Source: Methanomicrobiales archaeon
GTDB lineage: Archaea > Halobacteriota > Methanomicrobia > Methanomicrobiales > Methanospirillaceae
Direction: 5' to 3'
Length of the DNA: 59,184 bases
NCBI GenBank assembly: GCA_037137755.1
Contig: JBAXJR010000013.1
Location: forward strand, 1 to 59,184
The translations under genes were made by a program, and so were the position numbers. Shown piece after piece: positions 21,462-32,076 of this stretch. Position 1 is the first letter of the stretch. Each line of letters opens with the position of its first letter. A model generated the notes under the pieces. That model was not told the origin of the DNA. It saw nothing but the letters and a program-made list of their open reading frames with translations, and searched no databases.

Positions 21462-22678
21462 CACACTACGGTGTATATTCAGAGGTGGGAAAACTCCGCA
21501 CGGTGATGGTCTGCCGGCCCGGTCTTGCACATATGAGATTAACCCCTGAAAACTGCCACGATTTGCTATTTGATGATGTAATATGGGTTGCGAAAGCCAA
21601 GGTAGAACATTATAACTTCGTGCAGGTAATGCGGGAACGTGGCGTTGAGGTACTGGAAATGCACGACCTGCTCGCACTGGCCCTGGAACAGAAGGAAGGT
21701 CGCCGGTGGGTACTTGACCGGAAAATCACGGTGAATACGATCGGGCCGATGGGACTCGATGCAGTACGAACGTGGCTCGATGAGATGCCTGCCAGTGAGC
21801 TTGCCGGGCTGCTTATCGGGGGTATTGCTGCCGGGGAGATCCCCTTCCCGCCATTTGCTGACTTTTCAGACTACGACCCCCATGGCCTGTGGATCCCGCC
21901 CCTCCCGAACACGCTGTATACCCGTGATACGACCAGCTGGATTTACGGGGGTGTGACCTTAAACCCCATGTACTGGCCTGCCCGCTGCCAGGAAACCCTG
22001 CTTACAACGGCGATTTACAAGTTCCACCCCGACTTCCGGGATGCGGGTTTTCGGACATGGTTTGGAAACCCGGACCTCAGTTACGGCCCGGCGACGGTCG
22101 AGGGTGGAGACGTGATGCCGGTCGGAAACGGCGTCGTCCTCATCGGTATGGGGGAACGGACAACGGCAAGGGCAATTATGCAGATTGCCATTGCCTTGTT
22201 CGAACAAAAAGCGGCAGACCGGGTTATAGCCTGTGCAATGCCAAAGGGCCGGTCAGTCATGCACCTTGATACGGTCTTTACCTTGTGTGATTCAGACCTT
22301 GCCAATGTGTACGAGAAGGTCGTGCGGGAAATCCGGTGTTTCAGCCTCTACCCCGGTGAAGGACCTGGATTACTTCAATTCGTCCCCGAAAAACAACCCT
22401 TCCTTGATGTGGTCGCCGGAGCGCTGGACCTGTCCCGGCTGCGTGCTGTTACCACCGGGGGTAACTGGTTTGAACAGGAACGTGAGCAATGGGATGACGG
22501 TAATAACGTCGTGGCACTTGAGCCCGGGGTGGTCGTCAGTTATGACCGGAATGTCCACACGAATACAAAACTCAGGAAACAAGGAGTCGAGGTCATTACG
22601 GTCCCAGGGTCAGAACTTGGCAGGGGACGTGGCGGAGGCCACTGCATGACCTGCCCCCTCCGGAGGGACCCGGTATAA
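21458..22678 (+). CDS. arcA: Arginine deiminase
   Basis: [33 protein letters not shown], catalytic [15 protein letters not shown] overlap with arcC. Confidence 0.95.
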   Translation: MTHYGVYSEVGKLRTVMVCRPGLAHMRLTPENCHDLLFDDVIWVAKAKVEHYNFVQVMRERGVEVLEMHDLLALALEQKEGRRWVLDRKITVNTIGPMGLDAVRTWLDEMPASELAGLLIGGIAAGEIPFPPFADFSDYDPHGLWIPPLPNTLYTRDTTSWIYGGVTLNPMYWPARCQETLLTTAIYKFHPDFRDAGFRTWFGNPDLSYGPATVEGGDVMPVGNGVVLIGMGERTTARAIMQIAIALFEQKAADRVIACAMPKGRSVMHLDTVFTLCDSDLANVYEKVVREIRCFSLYPGEGPGLLQFVPEKQPFLDVVAGALDLSRLRAVTTGGNWFEQEREQWDDGNNVVALEPGVVVSYDRNVHTNTKLRKQGVEVITVPGSELGRGRGGGHCMTCPLRRDPV

Positions 22679-22747
22679 TCTTTATATTTTCTGCCGCACA
22701 GGACCTTTAAACCCTGGGTCCACCTGCTCGTACGAGGTCTTACCTGT

Positions 22748-24148
22748 TCACGTGCCCTTCACAAACCGGTATGCTTCTTTTGGTACCCGTATCTCGAACC
22801 TTGCACCCATTCCCCCCTCACCGGTTTCCGCGATTGAAATATCGGTGATACTGAGTATCTCCCGGACGAGAAAGAGCCCCATCCCTGTATTTTCTCCAAC
22901 ACCGCGCTCAAAAATCTCCTCCTTCATATCCTCCGGTACCCCGGTACCATTATCCTCCCAGAACAGGAAAAGCCCGTCCGGAATAAGGGCATAATGCACA
23001 CGGATTTCTGTTACCGTTTTCCCGTGGCGCAACGAATTGTCATAGAGGTTGTAAAAAACTTTTTCCAGCAGGGGATCTGCATAGACCTCGAGCCCTTTAA
23101 TGTCTGATATGACCCTGGTATCTTTCCCCGGCAGGCCTGAAACGATCGTCCCTACATTCTGCCAGGCCGGGACTTTCAAACCGAGGTCCTGGTATGTCCT
23201 GGTGAACTCGATATGTTTCTGGATCTGGCCTGCCGCGTCGTATGAACGCTGAAGATAGTTTCCGAGTGTTTGATCGGTATTTTTGTTCCGGATTATGGAG
23301 AGGTACCCGAGCAGCACGGTAAGGTTGTTCAGGATATCATGCCTGGTAATGCTGCCGAGCAGGTTTAGTTTTTTATTGGAGATAGACAGGGCGTCTTCAG
23401 CCCTCTTTCGTTCGGTGATATCATGGGCGATAATGCTGAAGATGGCCTCTCTTCCCCCGACCCGGATAACACTGGCATTCACTTCAACATACAGGATATC
23501 CCTGTTTTTGGTGCGAAACCGCTGCTCCCCGAGAACACAACCCGTTCCGGCAAGGATCTTTTCACAACAGGTGTCCGCGAAATGAGGTCCGTCAGCAACG
23601 ATATCCACAAATGAAAGCCCTTTTACCTCGTTGCTCCGGTAACCGAACAGGTGGAGAAATGCAGGGTTCACTTCAAGTATTTTTTTAGTATGGGCATCAA
23701 AAAGGACAATGGCCTCGGTTGCCTGCTCAAATAACGCACGGTACCGCGCTTCGCTCTCCTTCAGCAACCGGTCGAGCGTGTGCTTGTAGAGTGCCATCCG
23801 GATTGTTGCGTTCAGCTCGCGGTTCTGCACCGGTTTGACCAGGTAGCCGTATGGCCCTGTGAGTTCCGCATGGCTGAGCCGTTCGTCATCTGCGTAGGCG
23901 GTTGTGTAGATCACCGGGATGTCTGATGTTGCATGGATCTTTTCTGCAGTTTCAATCCCGTTCATCCTTCCGGCAAGCTGAATATCCATCAGGATGACAT
24001 CCGGCTGCCCGGAAATGGCCTGCGAAACTGCATCTTCCCCGCTTGAAACCGTTGGGAGAACGGTATACCCAAGGCCGTTCAGTACCCGTTCCAGGTTTGC
24101 GGAGATGAGTGCATCGTCCTCGACAATCAGAATTTTTTCAGCCGGCAT
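22748..24148 (-). CDS. Hybrid sensor histidine kinase (REC-PAS-HK)
   Basis: ILIVEDD, LMDIQL, YLVKP, PAS, ITRHDILN, NLYDNS, EDNGTG, TGMGL. Confidence 0.92.
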   Translation of the reverse strand: MPAEKILIVEDDALISANLERVLNGLGYTVLPTVSSGEDAVSQAISGQPDVILMDIQLAGRMNGIETAEKIHATSDIPVIYTTAYADDERLSHAELTGPYGYLVKPVQNRELNATIRMALYKHTLDRLLKESEARYRALFEQATEAIVLFDAHTKKILEVNPAFLHLFGYRSNEVKGLSFVDIVADGPHFADTCCEKILAGTGCVLGEQRFRTKNRDILYVEVNASVIRVGGREAIFSIIAHDITERKRAEDALSISNKKLNLLGSITRHDILNNLTVLLGYLSIIRNKNTDQTLGNYLQRSYDAAGQIQKHIEFTRTYQDLGLKVPAWQNVGTIVSGLPGKDTRVISDIKGLEVYADPLLEKVFYNLYDNSLRHGKTVTEIRVHYALIPDGLFLFWEDNGTGVPEDMKEEIFERGVGENTGMGLFLVREILSITDISIAETGEGGMGARFEIRVPKEAYRFVKGT

Positions 24149-24165
24149 CAAAAATCACCTAATTT

Positions 24166-27100
24166 TTATTCCTGTTCCCGAACAAACCGTACTTCAAAGG
24201 ATGTCCCCCGTGTCGTGTCCATCTTCAGGTCCCCATGGAGCTGGTTCTTTGCGAGGATCCGTATGAGTGAAAGTCCCAGCGAGCGGGGTGATGGTGTGAT
24301 ATTGCCTGGGGGTATGCCTCTACCGTTGTCTGAAGCGTTCAGGATGATAAAGCCATCCTTTTCTTCCATGGACAGGGAAATTTCGCATGCCATTCCCCGC
24401 TCTTCCTGGCACGACCATCCCTCAGGAAACGCATACTTGAGCGAGTTTGTTACGATCTCGGTAATAATCAGGCCGCAATGGACTGCGGTATCGATGGGGA
24501 GGTGAGTATCACCCATCCTAATATTCCACCTGATGTCTGCCCTTGGTCCGTACGACTGGATGAGGTGCTGGACCAGGTCCTCTGCATATTCTTGGGCGTT
24601 GATGCGGGAGAGGGAATCAGAATGGTACAGCGATTCATGCACAAGGGACATGCTCCTGATGCGGGACTCGAGGTCCCTGAACCGGGCAATATTATCAGGG
24701 TCTGACAACTGCGCCTTCTGGAGCCCGATGAGTGAAATTACCCTTGCAAGGTTATTTTTTACACGGTGATGGATCTCCCGGAGCAGGATTTCTTTCTCGG
24801 CGAGAGACTCTCTGACTTGTGTTTCTGCAGTGACACGCTGTATGGCTGAACCAATCGGGCCTGCAATCTCCTCTATCACCTGCACGGTTTTGAGCGGGAC
24901 CAGGTTCTCGCGTCGGTCGGCAAGGTGGATGAGGCCGGTGATCCTGTCCCCCTGCCGGAGAGGAACAAGGGCAACTGATTCATACCCCGTCTTATTGCAG
25001 ACATTCCGGGTCCTGCCCTTATCCTCTTCTGAAACGGTGGAAAGGAATTTCGTGGTACCGTTCATATAAAACGAGCCGCCGTCCGTGAAAAAAGGCTGGG
25101 TGGGATCGGTGGTACCCCTGATTACATAGATGCACATGCATTCGTCGGACTTGATCGAGAGCGGGCTCTCGGTTGAATAAAACTCATGTGAGAAACCGGT
25201 ATATGCCTGGTAGGGTATATTACCCTGTTCATCGAGGAGCCTTATCCCTACCGCTTCGCACCCTGTATAGTCCTGTATAATATGGACATACTCGTGCAGG
25301 AGTGCCGGTAACTCCAGTGTCCGGTTAGCGCAGTCGAGCAGGGTATGGGAGAGGCGGAGGACATCCTCGATATGTTTACGTTCAGAAATATCTGCAATAA
25401 TGCCCCGGAGCCCAACAGGGAGGCCTCCTTTTTCGATTACCGAGATATACGTAATTCCGGTAAACGTATCTCCGTTCCTTAAGCGGAACCGGTACTCGTT
25501 TCCACTTTTCCCCCCACGAACTATATCCTCAAGGTTACGTCCTGCCCGGTCAACATCCTCCGGAACTACCATCTGTGAGATGTCAAGCCCTCTCTTAAGA
25601 TCGCTATGGTCATACCCAAAAAGGGTGAGAGCGAACCTGTTGGCATAGGTAAATCGTCCTGAAAGGTCTGTCTCAAAGATAGTCTGGGGCATCAGCTCGG
25701 CAAGGTCACGATATTTCTGTTCGCTATAGTGCAGTTCTTCCTGAGCTGCTTTCAGTTCGGAAATATCACGGGCGGCAGCAAAGATCCCTAAGGGTTTCCC
25801 CTGGGGATCACGATAGAGCGTTGCATTGTACAGGACCGATGTTATCGATCCGTCACGATGCCTGATTTCCAGCGGGTAATCCCTGACGATGCCTTTCCTG
25901 AACACCTCCTGGTAACCTTCCTTTGCCTTGACCGTATCGACGAAATAGTCTGAGAAATCGGTACCAATCAACTCAGATCGGGAATAACCGGTCACCTTTT
26001 CTGTTGCAGCATTCAAATCCCTGATCTTACCGTCATGGCTGATTGTAACAAGCGGATCGAGGCTCGCCTCAATAAGGCTGCGGTTATAGGCGTTCAGTGC
26101 AGTCAATACCTCTTCTGAAACTTTCCGGGAGGTGATATCGCGGGCTATTCCACGGAAACCCACGAGTTTTCCTTCAGATCCGATTATGGGGGCGGACCGG
26201 ATCTCAATGAAGATCTGGTTACCCTTCTTGTCATGTGCGGGGACTTCGAGCGGGGATAAAGAACTTTTTTCCTGAATATGTTCAAGGAAAGCTGTTTTAA
26301 CAGATGAAACGGACTCCGGTCTTATAAGGGAAAAAAAGGATCCCCCTATGAGTTCTCCGGGTTCATATCCCATCTGCACAATGCTCTGGGAGCTGATATA
26401 GGTGAAGTTCCCCTGCAGGTCAATTTCCCAGATCATATCCGGCGATGCCTCCACCATGGTACGGAATTTCACTTCGCTCTCTGCGAGTGCGTTTTCTGCC
26501 ACCCTGCGATCAGTGATGTCCATAATCGTGGCAAAAAAGCCGCTGACCTCTTTACCGCTGAAATGCGGGGCAAGCCTGACACTGACAAAACGCTCGTTTC
26601 CCCTGGTATCCCGGACGTGGTTCTCCATGGATACCGCTTTGCCGCCCAATGCAGCACGGTATGCCGGCAGTGCCCTTTCGAAAACGTCCTTGTCCAGCAG
26701 GTCCTCGACCCGGTTTCCGACGAGTTCCTCCCTGGTCCGGCCATACCAGTCTGCATATGCCTTGTTCATGTAAACAAAGCGGAGTTCCGTATCAACATAG
26801 GCAATGAGGATCGGGACTCCGTCTATTACCATTGCCAGTTTCTCTTCGCTTGCCCTGAGTGCATCTTCTGCCAGCTTCCGCCCGGTGATGTCCTCTACCT
26901 GGGCTGTGAAAAAGAGCAGGGAACCTTGTTTATCCCGGATAGTTATCACCCTGAGTGATCCCCAAAGGATACTGCCGTCTTTCCTGATATACTGTTTTTC
27001 TGTCCTGTATACCGGAATTGATCCTTCCACCTGCTCCTGAATATGTTCCAGGTCGATGGCAAGATGATCCGGATGCGTGATATCCTTAAAGGACATCTTC

Positions 27101-29292
27101 CGTAATTCCTCTTCCGAATATCGGGTCATAGATAAAAAGGATGGGTTGACAGAAAAAAATCTGAAATCCGGCGTGATAAGGGCCATACCCGCCGGGCTGT
27201 TTTCGAAGATCTTACGGAACCGATCTTCGCTCTCTATGAGTGCGGCTTCTGCCAGCTTGCGTTCGGTGATGTCACGGGAGATCTCTAAAACGGTAACCGG
27301 TTTCCCGTTTTCGTTCTTCAATGCTACATTTGCCGAACACTCAAAGAATTTTGTCTGACCCTGTGAGTCAATCACGATCGTCTCGTGCCGGTGGATTTCT
27401 CCATCCTGAAATGCCTTGAGTGCGATACACGGATATGGTTTGCAGGGATCTTGCCGCTGATGGTATACTTCGTAACATTTTCTGCCAGCGAGTTCTTTGC
27501 CGAAATACCGCTCGGCAGTTTCATTGGCCCATATAATGTTCAGATCCATATCCATCATACTCATTGGGTCCCCGATCGATTGCAGCATGGCATTGAGTTT
27601 CCCTTCGCTCTCCAACAATGCATCTTCCGCTTCTTTTCGCAGGGTGATGTCTTCTGCCGTCCCGATAACCCGGTATACTGTTCCCTGTTCATTTATTACC
27701 GGGAAATTCCGGGAGTGAATCCAGCGGATAGTACCACCCGGCTGAATAATCCGGTATTCACGATCAAAGTATGCCCCTTCCTCTAGCTCCATCCGGATGG
27801 CTTCCTGCACGGAAGGCAGGTCTTCCGGGTGGACTGCCTGAAGGAAGGAATACGGGTCATCAATGAGCTCCTGGCCGGGCTTTCCCCAGACCTTTTTGTA
27901 GGCGGGGCTGACATAGATAAACTGGTTCGACACCCGGTCATGGACGTAAAATACGGCGGGACTATTTTCAGCGATCTGGCGAAGTCGTTCTTCGCTTTCT
28001 TTGAGGGCATCTTCTGCCCGCTTGCGCTCGGTGATGTCATAATTCGTACCAATCAAGCTTTTCGGTCTGCCCACGGCATCGCGATCTACGCGGGCGTTGG
28101 CGTGAAGATAATGAATGGACCCATCCGGCCAGACAACGCGGAACTGAGTGTCAAATTTCTTTTCTCCACGTATTGCCCTCTGAAGATCTGCTTCGCCCTG
28201 AGCGAGATCGTCCGGGTGCAATCCCGCACGCCAGGCCTCGTATGTGCCACTGAATGTATCCGGCGTGATCCCGTAGAGCTGAAACATCTGGTCATCCCAT
28301 ATTAGAAGGTTATTGACGAGGTCCAGCTCCCATATGCCTACACCTCCTGCCTGCGTGGCCATTACCAAGCGTTCGGCGGTCTGTTGGAGTGCTTCCTCCG
28401 CCTGCACCCGTTTTGTTATGTCATGGTAAATGGCGATAATTTCGCCACTTTCCAGCCTGTATACCCAGTTTTCCCTCCAGGTGCCCGGGTCACGCTCATC
28501 CCTGTAGAGTGCAGTTGGGTAGTACTCAGCCTCCCCTGTCTTCCATACTCTCTTAAAGACTTCAAAGAGACCAAATTCAGTAACCCCGGGAAACACCTGC
28601 GATACACGTTTTCCGACCAGGTCACTTTTTTTAATTCCCTCGATTGCTTCTGCCGCCGCGTTGAAATCCTTGAAAATAAAATCCTCACCATTCCCGGATG
28701 CCTCATATATCGCAACCGCAGCTGGCATACGGGTGAACAATTCCCTGAATCTCTCCTCGTTATCAACAAGTGATGCGCGGGTACGTTTCAGGTCAGTGAT
28801 GTCATCCATCGTGACGAATACCTGGTACGGGACCACCTCACCTGGCCTGAACAGCGGGGTTGCGTTGGTCCTCACCCACGTAACAGCGTCCCGTTCAGGG
28901 TTAAAAACCCCGACAACCAGGTCCCTCACCGGTTTTCCTGTCTGTAATGCAATCATCGACGGGTGTTGTCCGGGAGCCAGGACTTCGCCGGTTTCTGAAA
29001 TTACCTTCCATTGAGGGGCATACGAGTCCTTACCAATGAACTGCTCATGTGTGATTCCGAACATCTTCAGCGCTGCCGGGTTTGCATCGGTAAGGGTGCC
29101 GTCATTGCGCTGGTAAAAGACCCCCGGGTCCATGTTTTCAAACAAAGCCCTGAATTTCAGTTCGCTATCGTCACATGGTGTACCCGTCTCTGTCCCTTCT
29201 GAATGTCGCTGCTCACACCTGCCTTCTGCAACGTGGATATCCCCAGGAATTGGGTTCTCTTTTTGTTGTGACCGCTTGTTGTCGGGTTTCAT
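24166..29292 (-). CDS. Large multi-PAS/GAF sensor histidine kinase (HisKA_2 type)
   Basis: About ten PAS/PAC repeats, a GAF, H-box EIHHRVKNNL, E.VTNSLKYAF, DNGRG, SLGL. Confidence 0.93.
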   Translation of the reverse strand: MKPDNKRSQQKENPIPGDIHVAEGRCEQRHSEGTETGTPCDDSELKFRALFENMDPGVFYQRNDGTLTDANPAALKMFGITHEQFIGKDSYAPQWKVISETGEVLAPGQHPSMIALQTGKPVRDLVVGVFNPERDAVTWVRTNATPLFRPGEVVPYQVFVTMDDITDLKRTRASLVDNEERFRELFTRMPAAVAIYEASGNGEDFIFKDFNAAAEAIEGIKKSDLVGKRVSQVFPGVTEFGLFEVFKRVWKTGEAEYYPTALYRDERDPGTWRENWVYRLESGEIIAIYHDITKRVQAEEALQQTAERLVMATQAGGVGIWELDLVNNLLIWDDQMFQLYGITPDTFSGTYEAWRAGLHPDDLAQGEADLQRAIRGEKKFDTQFRVVWPDGSIHYLHANARVDRDAVGRPKSLIGTNYDITERKRAEDALKESEERLRQIAENSPAVFYVHDRVSNQFIYVSPAYKKVWGKPGQELIDDPYSFLQAVHPEDLPSVQEAIRMELEEGAYFDREYRIIQPGGTIRWIHSRNFPVINEQGTVYRVIGTAEDITLRKEAEDALLESEGKLNAMLQSIGDPMSMMDMDLNIIWANETAERYFGKELAGRKCYEVYHQRQDPCKPYPCIALKAFQDGEIHRHETIVIDSQGQTKFFECSANVALKNENGKPVTVLEISRDITERKLAEAALIESEDRFRKIFENSPAGMALITPDFRFFSVNPSFLSMTRYSEEELRKMSFKDITHPDHLAIDLEHIQEQVEGSIPVYRTEKQYIRKDGSILWGSLRVITIRDKQGSLLFFTAQVEDITGRKLAEDALRASEEKLAMVIDGVPILIAYVDTELRFVYMNKAYADWYGRTREELVGNRVEDLLDKDVFERALPAYRAALGGKAVSMENHVRDTRGNERFVSVRLAPHFSGKEVSGFFATIMDITDRRVAENALAESEVKFRTMVEASPDMIWEIDLQGNFTYISSQSIVQMGYEPGELIGGSFFSLIRPESVSSVKTAFLEHIQEKSSLSPLEVPAHDKKGNQIFIEIRSAPIIGSEGKLVGFRGIARDITSRKVSEEVLTALNAYNRSLIEASLDPLVTISHDGKIRDLNAATEKVTGYSRSELIGTDFSDYFVDTVKAKEGYQEVFRKGIVRDYPLEIRHRDGSITSVLYNATLYRDPQGKPLGIFAAARDISELKAAQEELHYSEQKYRDLAELMPQTIFETDLSGRFTYANRFALTLFGYDHSDLKRGLDISQMVVPEDVDRAGRNLEDIVRGGKSGNEYRFRLRNGDTFTGITYISVIEKGGLPVGLRGIIADISERKHIEDVLRLSHTLLDCANRTLELPALLHEYVHIIQDYTGCEAVGIRLLDEQGNIPYQAYTGFSHEFYSTESPLSIKSDECMCIYVIRGTTDPTQPFFTDGGSFYMNGTTKFLSTVSEEDKGRTRNVCNKTGYESVALVPLRQGDRITGLIHLADRRENLVPLKTVQVIEEIAGPIGSAIQRVTAETQVRESLAEKEILLREIHHRVKNNLARVISLIGLQKAQLSDPDNIARFRDLESRIRSMSLVHESLYHSDSLSRINAQEYAEDLVQHLIQSYGPRADIRWNIRMGDTHLPIDTAVHCGLIITEIVTNSLKYAFPEGWSCQEERGMACEISLSMEEKDGFIILNASDNGRGIPPGNITPSPRSLGLSLIRILAKNQLHGDLKMDTTRGTSFEVRFVREQE

Positions 29293-29811
29293 TCCTGTTC
29301 ACCTCCCCTGTCCTTCCCACCGCCGGGAAAAAAAGAGGGATCCCCGGGCAATTATCAGGTACCTGTGTGATGAGCGCTGTAAGGCGGAGATAGTGTGTCT
29401 GATACGATAAATCGCTCGATCCTGTATAACCGGAACCCCCGGGTCCATGGGGATCCCAATCATTATCCATTATAATCAGGCGATTTTCGTTGACGCTGGC
29501 AGAACTGTACCGGTATTCCGGCCCCGGCGCCGTCTCCGACTGGTGATATGTGCGGTTATTCGCGTGGGATGGAAAAAAGTGGTTATTCTCAAGGATTAGG
29601 TTTAAAAAGACCGGACCATTATTACCCCGGAATGGGAATGTCTTCAAGGGATAAGAAAATAGCAGGAGGGCCATTATAATTCGGCCGTTCAGGTACTAAC
29701 GGAAATTCAAAAAAAACGCAGTACCCGCTGACAGATGAGCGGTTATCACCTTTTGCAATAATAATGGTTATCTTATTTGTTGACACTGTTTATTCGGGCA
29801 AAGGAACATTT

Positions 29812-30372
29812 ATGGAAAAAACCGACACATCCGAACCTTCAACAGATGGGGGAAAATCTCTTGCAGACCAGGGAATTTTTGAGAAAATCTTTGAACATGG
29901 TCTCTGGAACCTGCGGTTTATTGTACTGCTTGGTGTGATTTTCGGCGCACTCTCCGCAATCGTCCTGTTCATTGCAGGCTCTTTAGAAATATACCACATT
30001 CTTGTGGGATTTATTCAGGTCACGGAACATCCCCTTACACACGAGCAGATCCTAATTGGAATTATCGGAGCTGTGGATTTTTACCTCATTGGGCTTGTCC
30101 TAATCATATTCAGTTTCGGTATCTACGAACTCTTTATTTCTGATATTGATGTCGCACGAATACAGGGAGGATTCGGGAACATCCTTGATATAGAGAACCT
30201 GGACGATCTCAAGAACAAGATCATCAAAGTCATCATCATGGTACTGATTGTGACATTTTTTCAGGAGATTCTATCTATGGAATTCGCTACGTTCATCGAT
30301 ATGCTAGCCCTGGCCGTGTCAATATGTTTGATCTGCATTGGAGTGTATTTCCTCAGCAAACACGGAGATTAA
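29812..30372 (+). CDS. YqhA/UPF0114 family membrane protein
   Basis: 'IIGAVDFYLIGLVLIIFSFGIYELFIS...L.I.NLDDLKNK..KVI.MVLIV.FF' matches the family pattern. Confidence 0.85.
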   Translation: MEKTDTSEPSTDGGKSLADQGIFEKIFEHGLWNLRFIVLLGVIFGALSAIVLFIAGSLEIYHILVGFIQVTEHPLTHEQILIGIIGAVDFYLIGLVLIIFSFGIYELFISDIDVARIQGGFGNILDIENLDDLKNKIIKVIIMVLIVTFFQEILSMEFATFIDMLALAVSICLICIGVYFLSKHGD

Positions 30373-30487
30373 TTTTTTTTTCAAAAAATCTGCTGATGTA
30401 TCGTGATTTCTATAGGGTTCCCATGACAGACCAAAATCTGCTTTCCAACTCAATTACAAGACACTTTGATCTTGTCTCTGGTATGTA

Positions 30488-31060
30488 CTATTGATCCAGC
30501 CTGGCCTGCCTGGATACAATTCTCCTGGTCGACCCATTATTTTGCTGTCTCTTTGCCTGACTATTCCTGATTACGTTTGTCCAGTCTGCATAGAGGTACG
30601 ACCTGCCTGATGCCCGGAGAAGAGTTCGCATAAATCTATCGGGATATCGGGAATATACAACCACCGTGCCTTCGTTACGGGCAAATGTTTTCAACCGGTC
30701 AATGACACCCGGGATCAACGTTGTATCATCCGCGTAGAGCGAAGGGTCATGCTCGATAACGAGGTAGGTTGCATCGCATTCGTTGATGATCGTGGCCATC
30801 TGGTCGGATGTGAAGCCTCGTCTGACAGAAAACTCAAACGAGGTTCTATGCAGGTTCGGGAGTACTCCCGAATAATTGCTGCAAACATAGAGGAAGGGAT
30901 ACCGTCGCATCGTGCCGCTACAACTGTTAAGTCCTGTTTCGAGGATACTGGTGGGGCCAATGATTACGGTTATTGTCCGTTCCGGGATGCAGATATCACC
31001 TGGCCATTCGAGGTCCATAAGAGGTGCTACTGGGTTTATGATACAGGTTGATAAGTGCAA
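30488..31060 (-). CDS. Conserved hypothetical protein, possibly an inactivated RadA/RecA-like fold
   Basis: 'LYVCSNYS.VL..L.R....F.VRRGFT.DQ..TII.E.....LVIEHDP.LY' resembles a Methanomicrobiales family that I recall next to PolB2 genes. No Walker A. Start uncertain. Confidence 0.55.
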   Translation of the reverse strand: MHLSTCIINPVAPLMDLEWPGDICIPERTITVIIGPTSILETGLNSCSGTMRRYPFLYVCSNYSGVLPNLHRTSFEFSVRRGFTSDQMATIINECDATYLVIEHDPSLYADDTTLIPGVIDRLKTFARNEGTVVVYSRYPDRFMRTLLRASGRSYLYADWTNVIRNSQAKRQQNNGSTRRIVSRQARLDQ

Positions 31061-31211
31061 GGTGTGTGCGGGATGAAAGTGTGGGGAGTTGATCTCAAAA
31101 ATATCTAAGGAGAATAGCTAATTACCCTCATTTTTTGGACCAGTTTAAAAGAGGACGAAGATCGGATGAAAAAATCAGAATCTCCCCGTTTCCCCCTTGA
31201 AACCGTTTTTT

Positions 31212-31802
31212 TTAGGACGGCAGCGGGCTACCGGTTCCTGGTGAATTATTTACCCCCATATCGATGCCAATCGGGCTAATCGCCACCAGCGAATTCTGTA
31301 CCGTTTCGAGCGAACCAGAGACCATATCAACCGAACTGGGGATTGCGATACCCGATGAGTTGCTGCCCGTCATATTGATGGCCACCGGGCTTAACGCTCC
31401 CAGGGACTTCAGGGTATTTTCAATGGGTGCAGGCCCGGATTGTTTAACTCCCACTCCCATAAGTGCCTCTGTTGCGACAACCACCGCGATAACAAGCAGG
31501 ATGGTAATAATCACAATGAAGGCCTTCTGAACAGGGGAAAAATGTTTCAACCCCACGGATTTTGACTGGGTTTTAGGGTCATGTGATAATGTATCAAGAA
31601 TCTCCCTGCATTTTGCCGCTTCTTCTGTCCTTTGCTGCTTTTGGAGGGTGAGGTAAATATTATACCAGGCATCGCGGTAATCAGGGGCTAATTCTACTGC
31701 TTTACCATAGCATTGAAGAGCCTTATCGTAATCCCCCCCTTTAAAAAAGTCATTCCCCTGGTTTTTCAGCTCCGTTGCCTGTTTCTTCATGCCCTTGTAC
31801 AA
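31212..31802 (-). CDS. TPR repeat membrane-anchored protein
   Basis: 'LKNQGNDFFKGGDYDKALQCYGKAVELAP...AWYN' and one TM helix. Confidence 0.8.
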   Translation of the reverse strand: MYKGMKKQATELKNQGNDFFKGGDYDKALQCYGKAVELAPDYRDAWYNIYLTLQKQQRTEEAAKCREILDTLSHDPKTQSKSVGLKHFSPVQKAFIVIITILLVIAVVVATEALMGVGVKQSGPAPIENTLKSLGALSPVAINMTGSNSSGIAIPSSVDMVSGSLETVQNSLVAISPIGIDMGVNNSPGTGSPLPS

Positions 31803-32076
31803 TAGGTGATAGTAACCTCATACATTAAAGTCATTCGTTATGTGACACTATTCCCCCCTGTACCCGGTTATCAGATATCCGGTTGGATATGCGGGTGGGA
31901 ATCTGGTTTAAATGGGCATTCGTATAACGGGACGGTACACGGGGGTTTAATTCATTGGAGGATGCACACCGGAGCACAAACGCACCGGTGTCTCCCCGCA
32001 GTTGAAGAGGGCACGAGGCACCTTTGAAAATTAAGGCTGGGGGTTAAATTTCCTGGGATAGTTGTCGGGATGAAAA

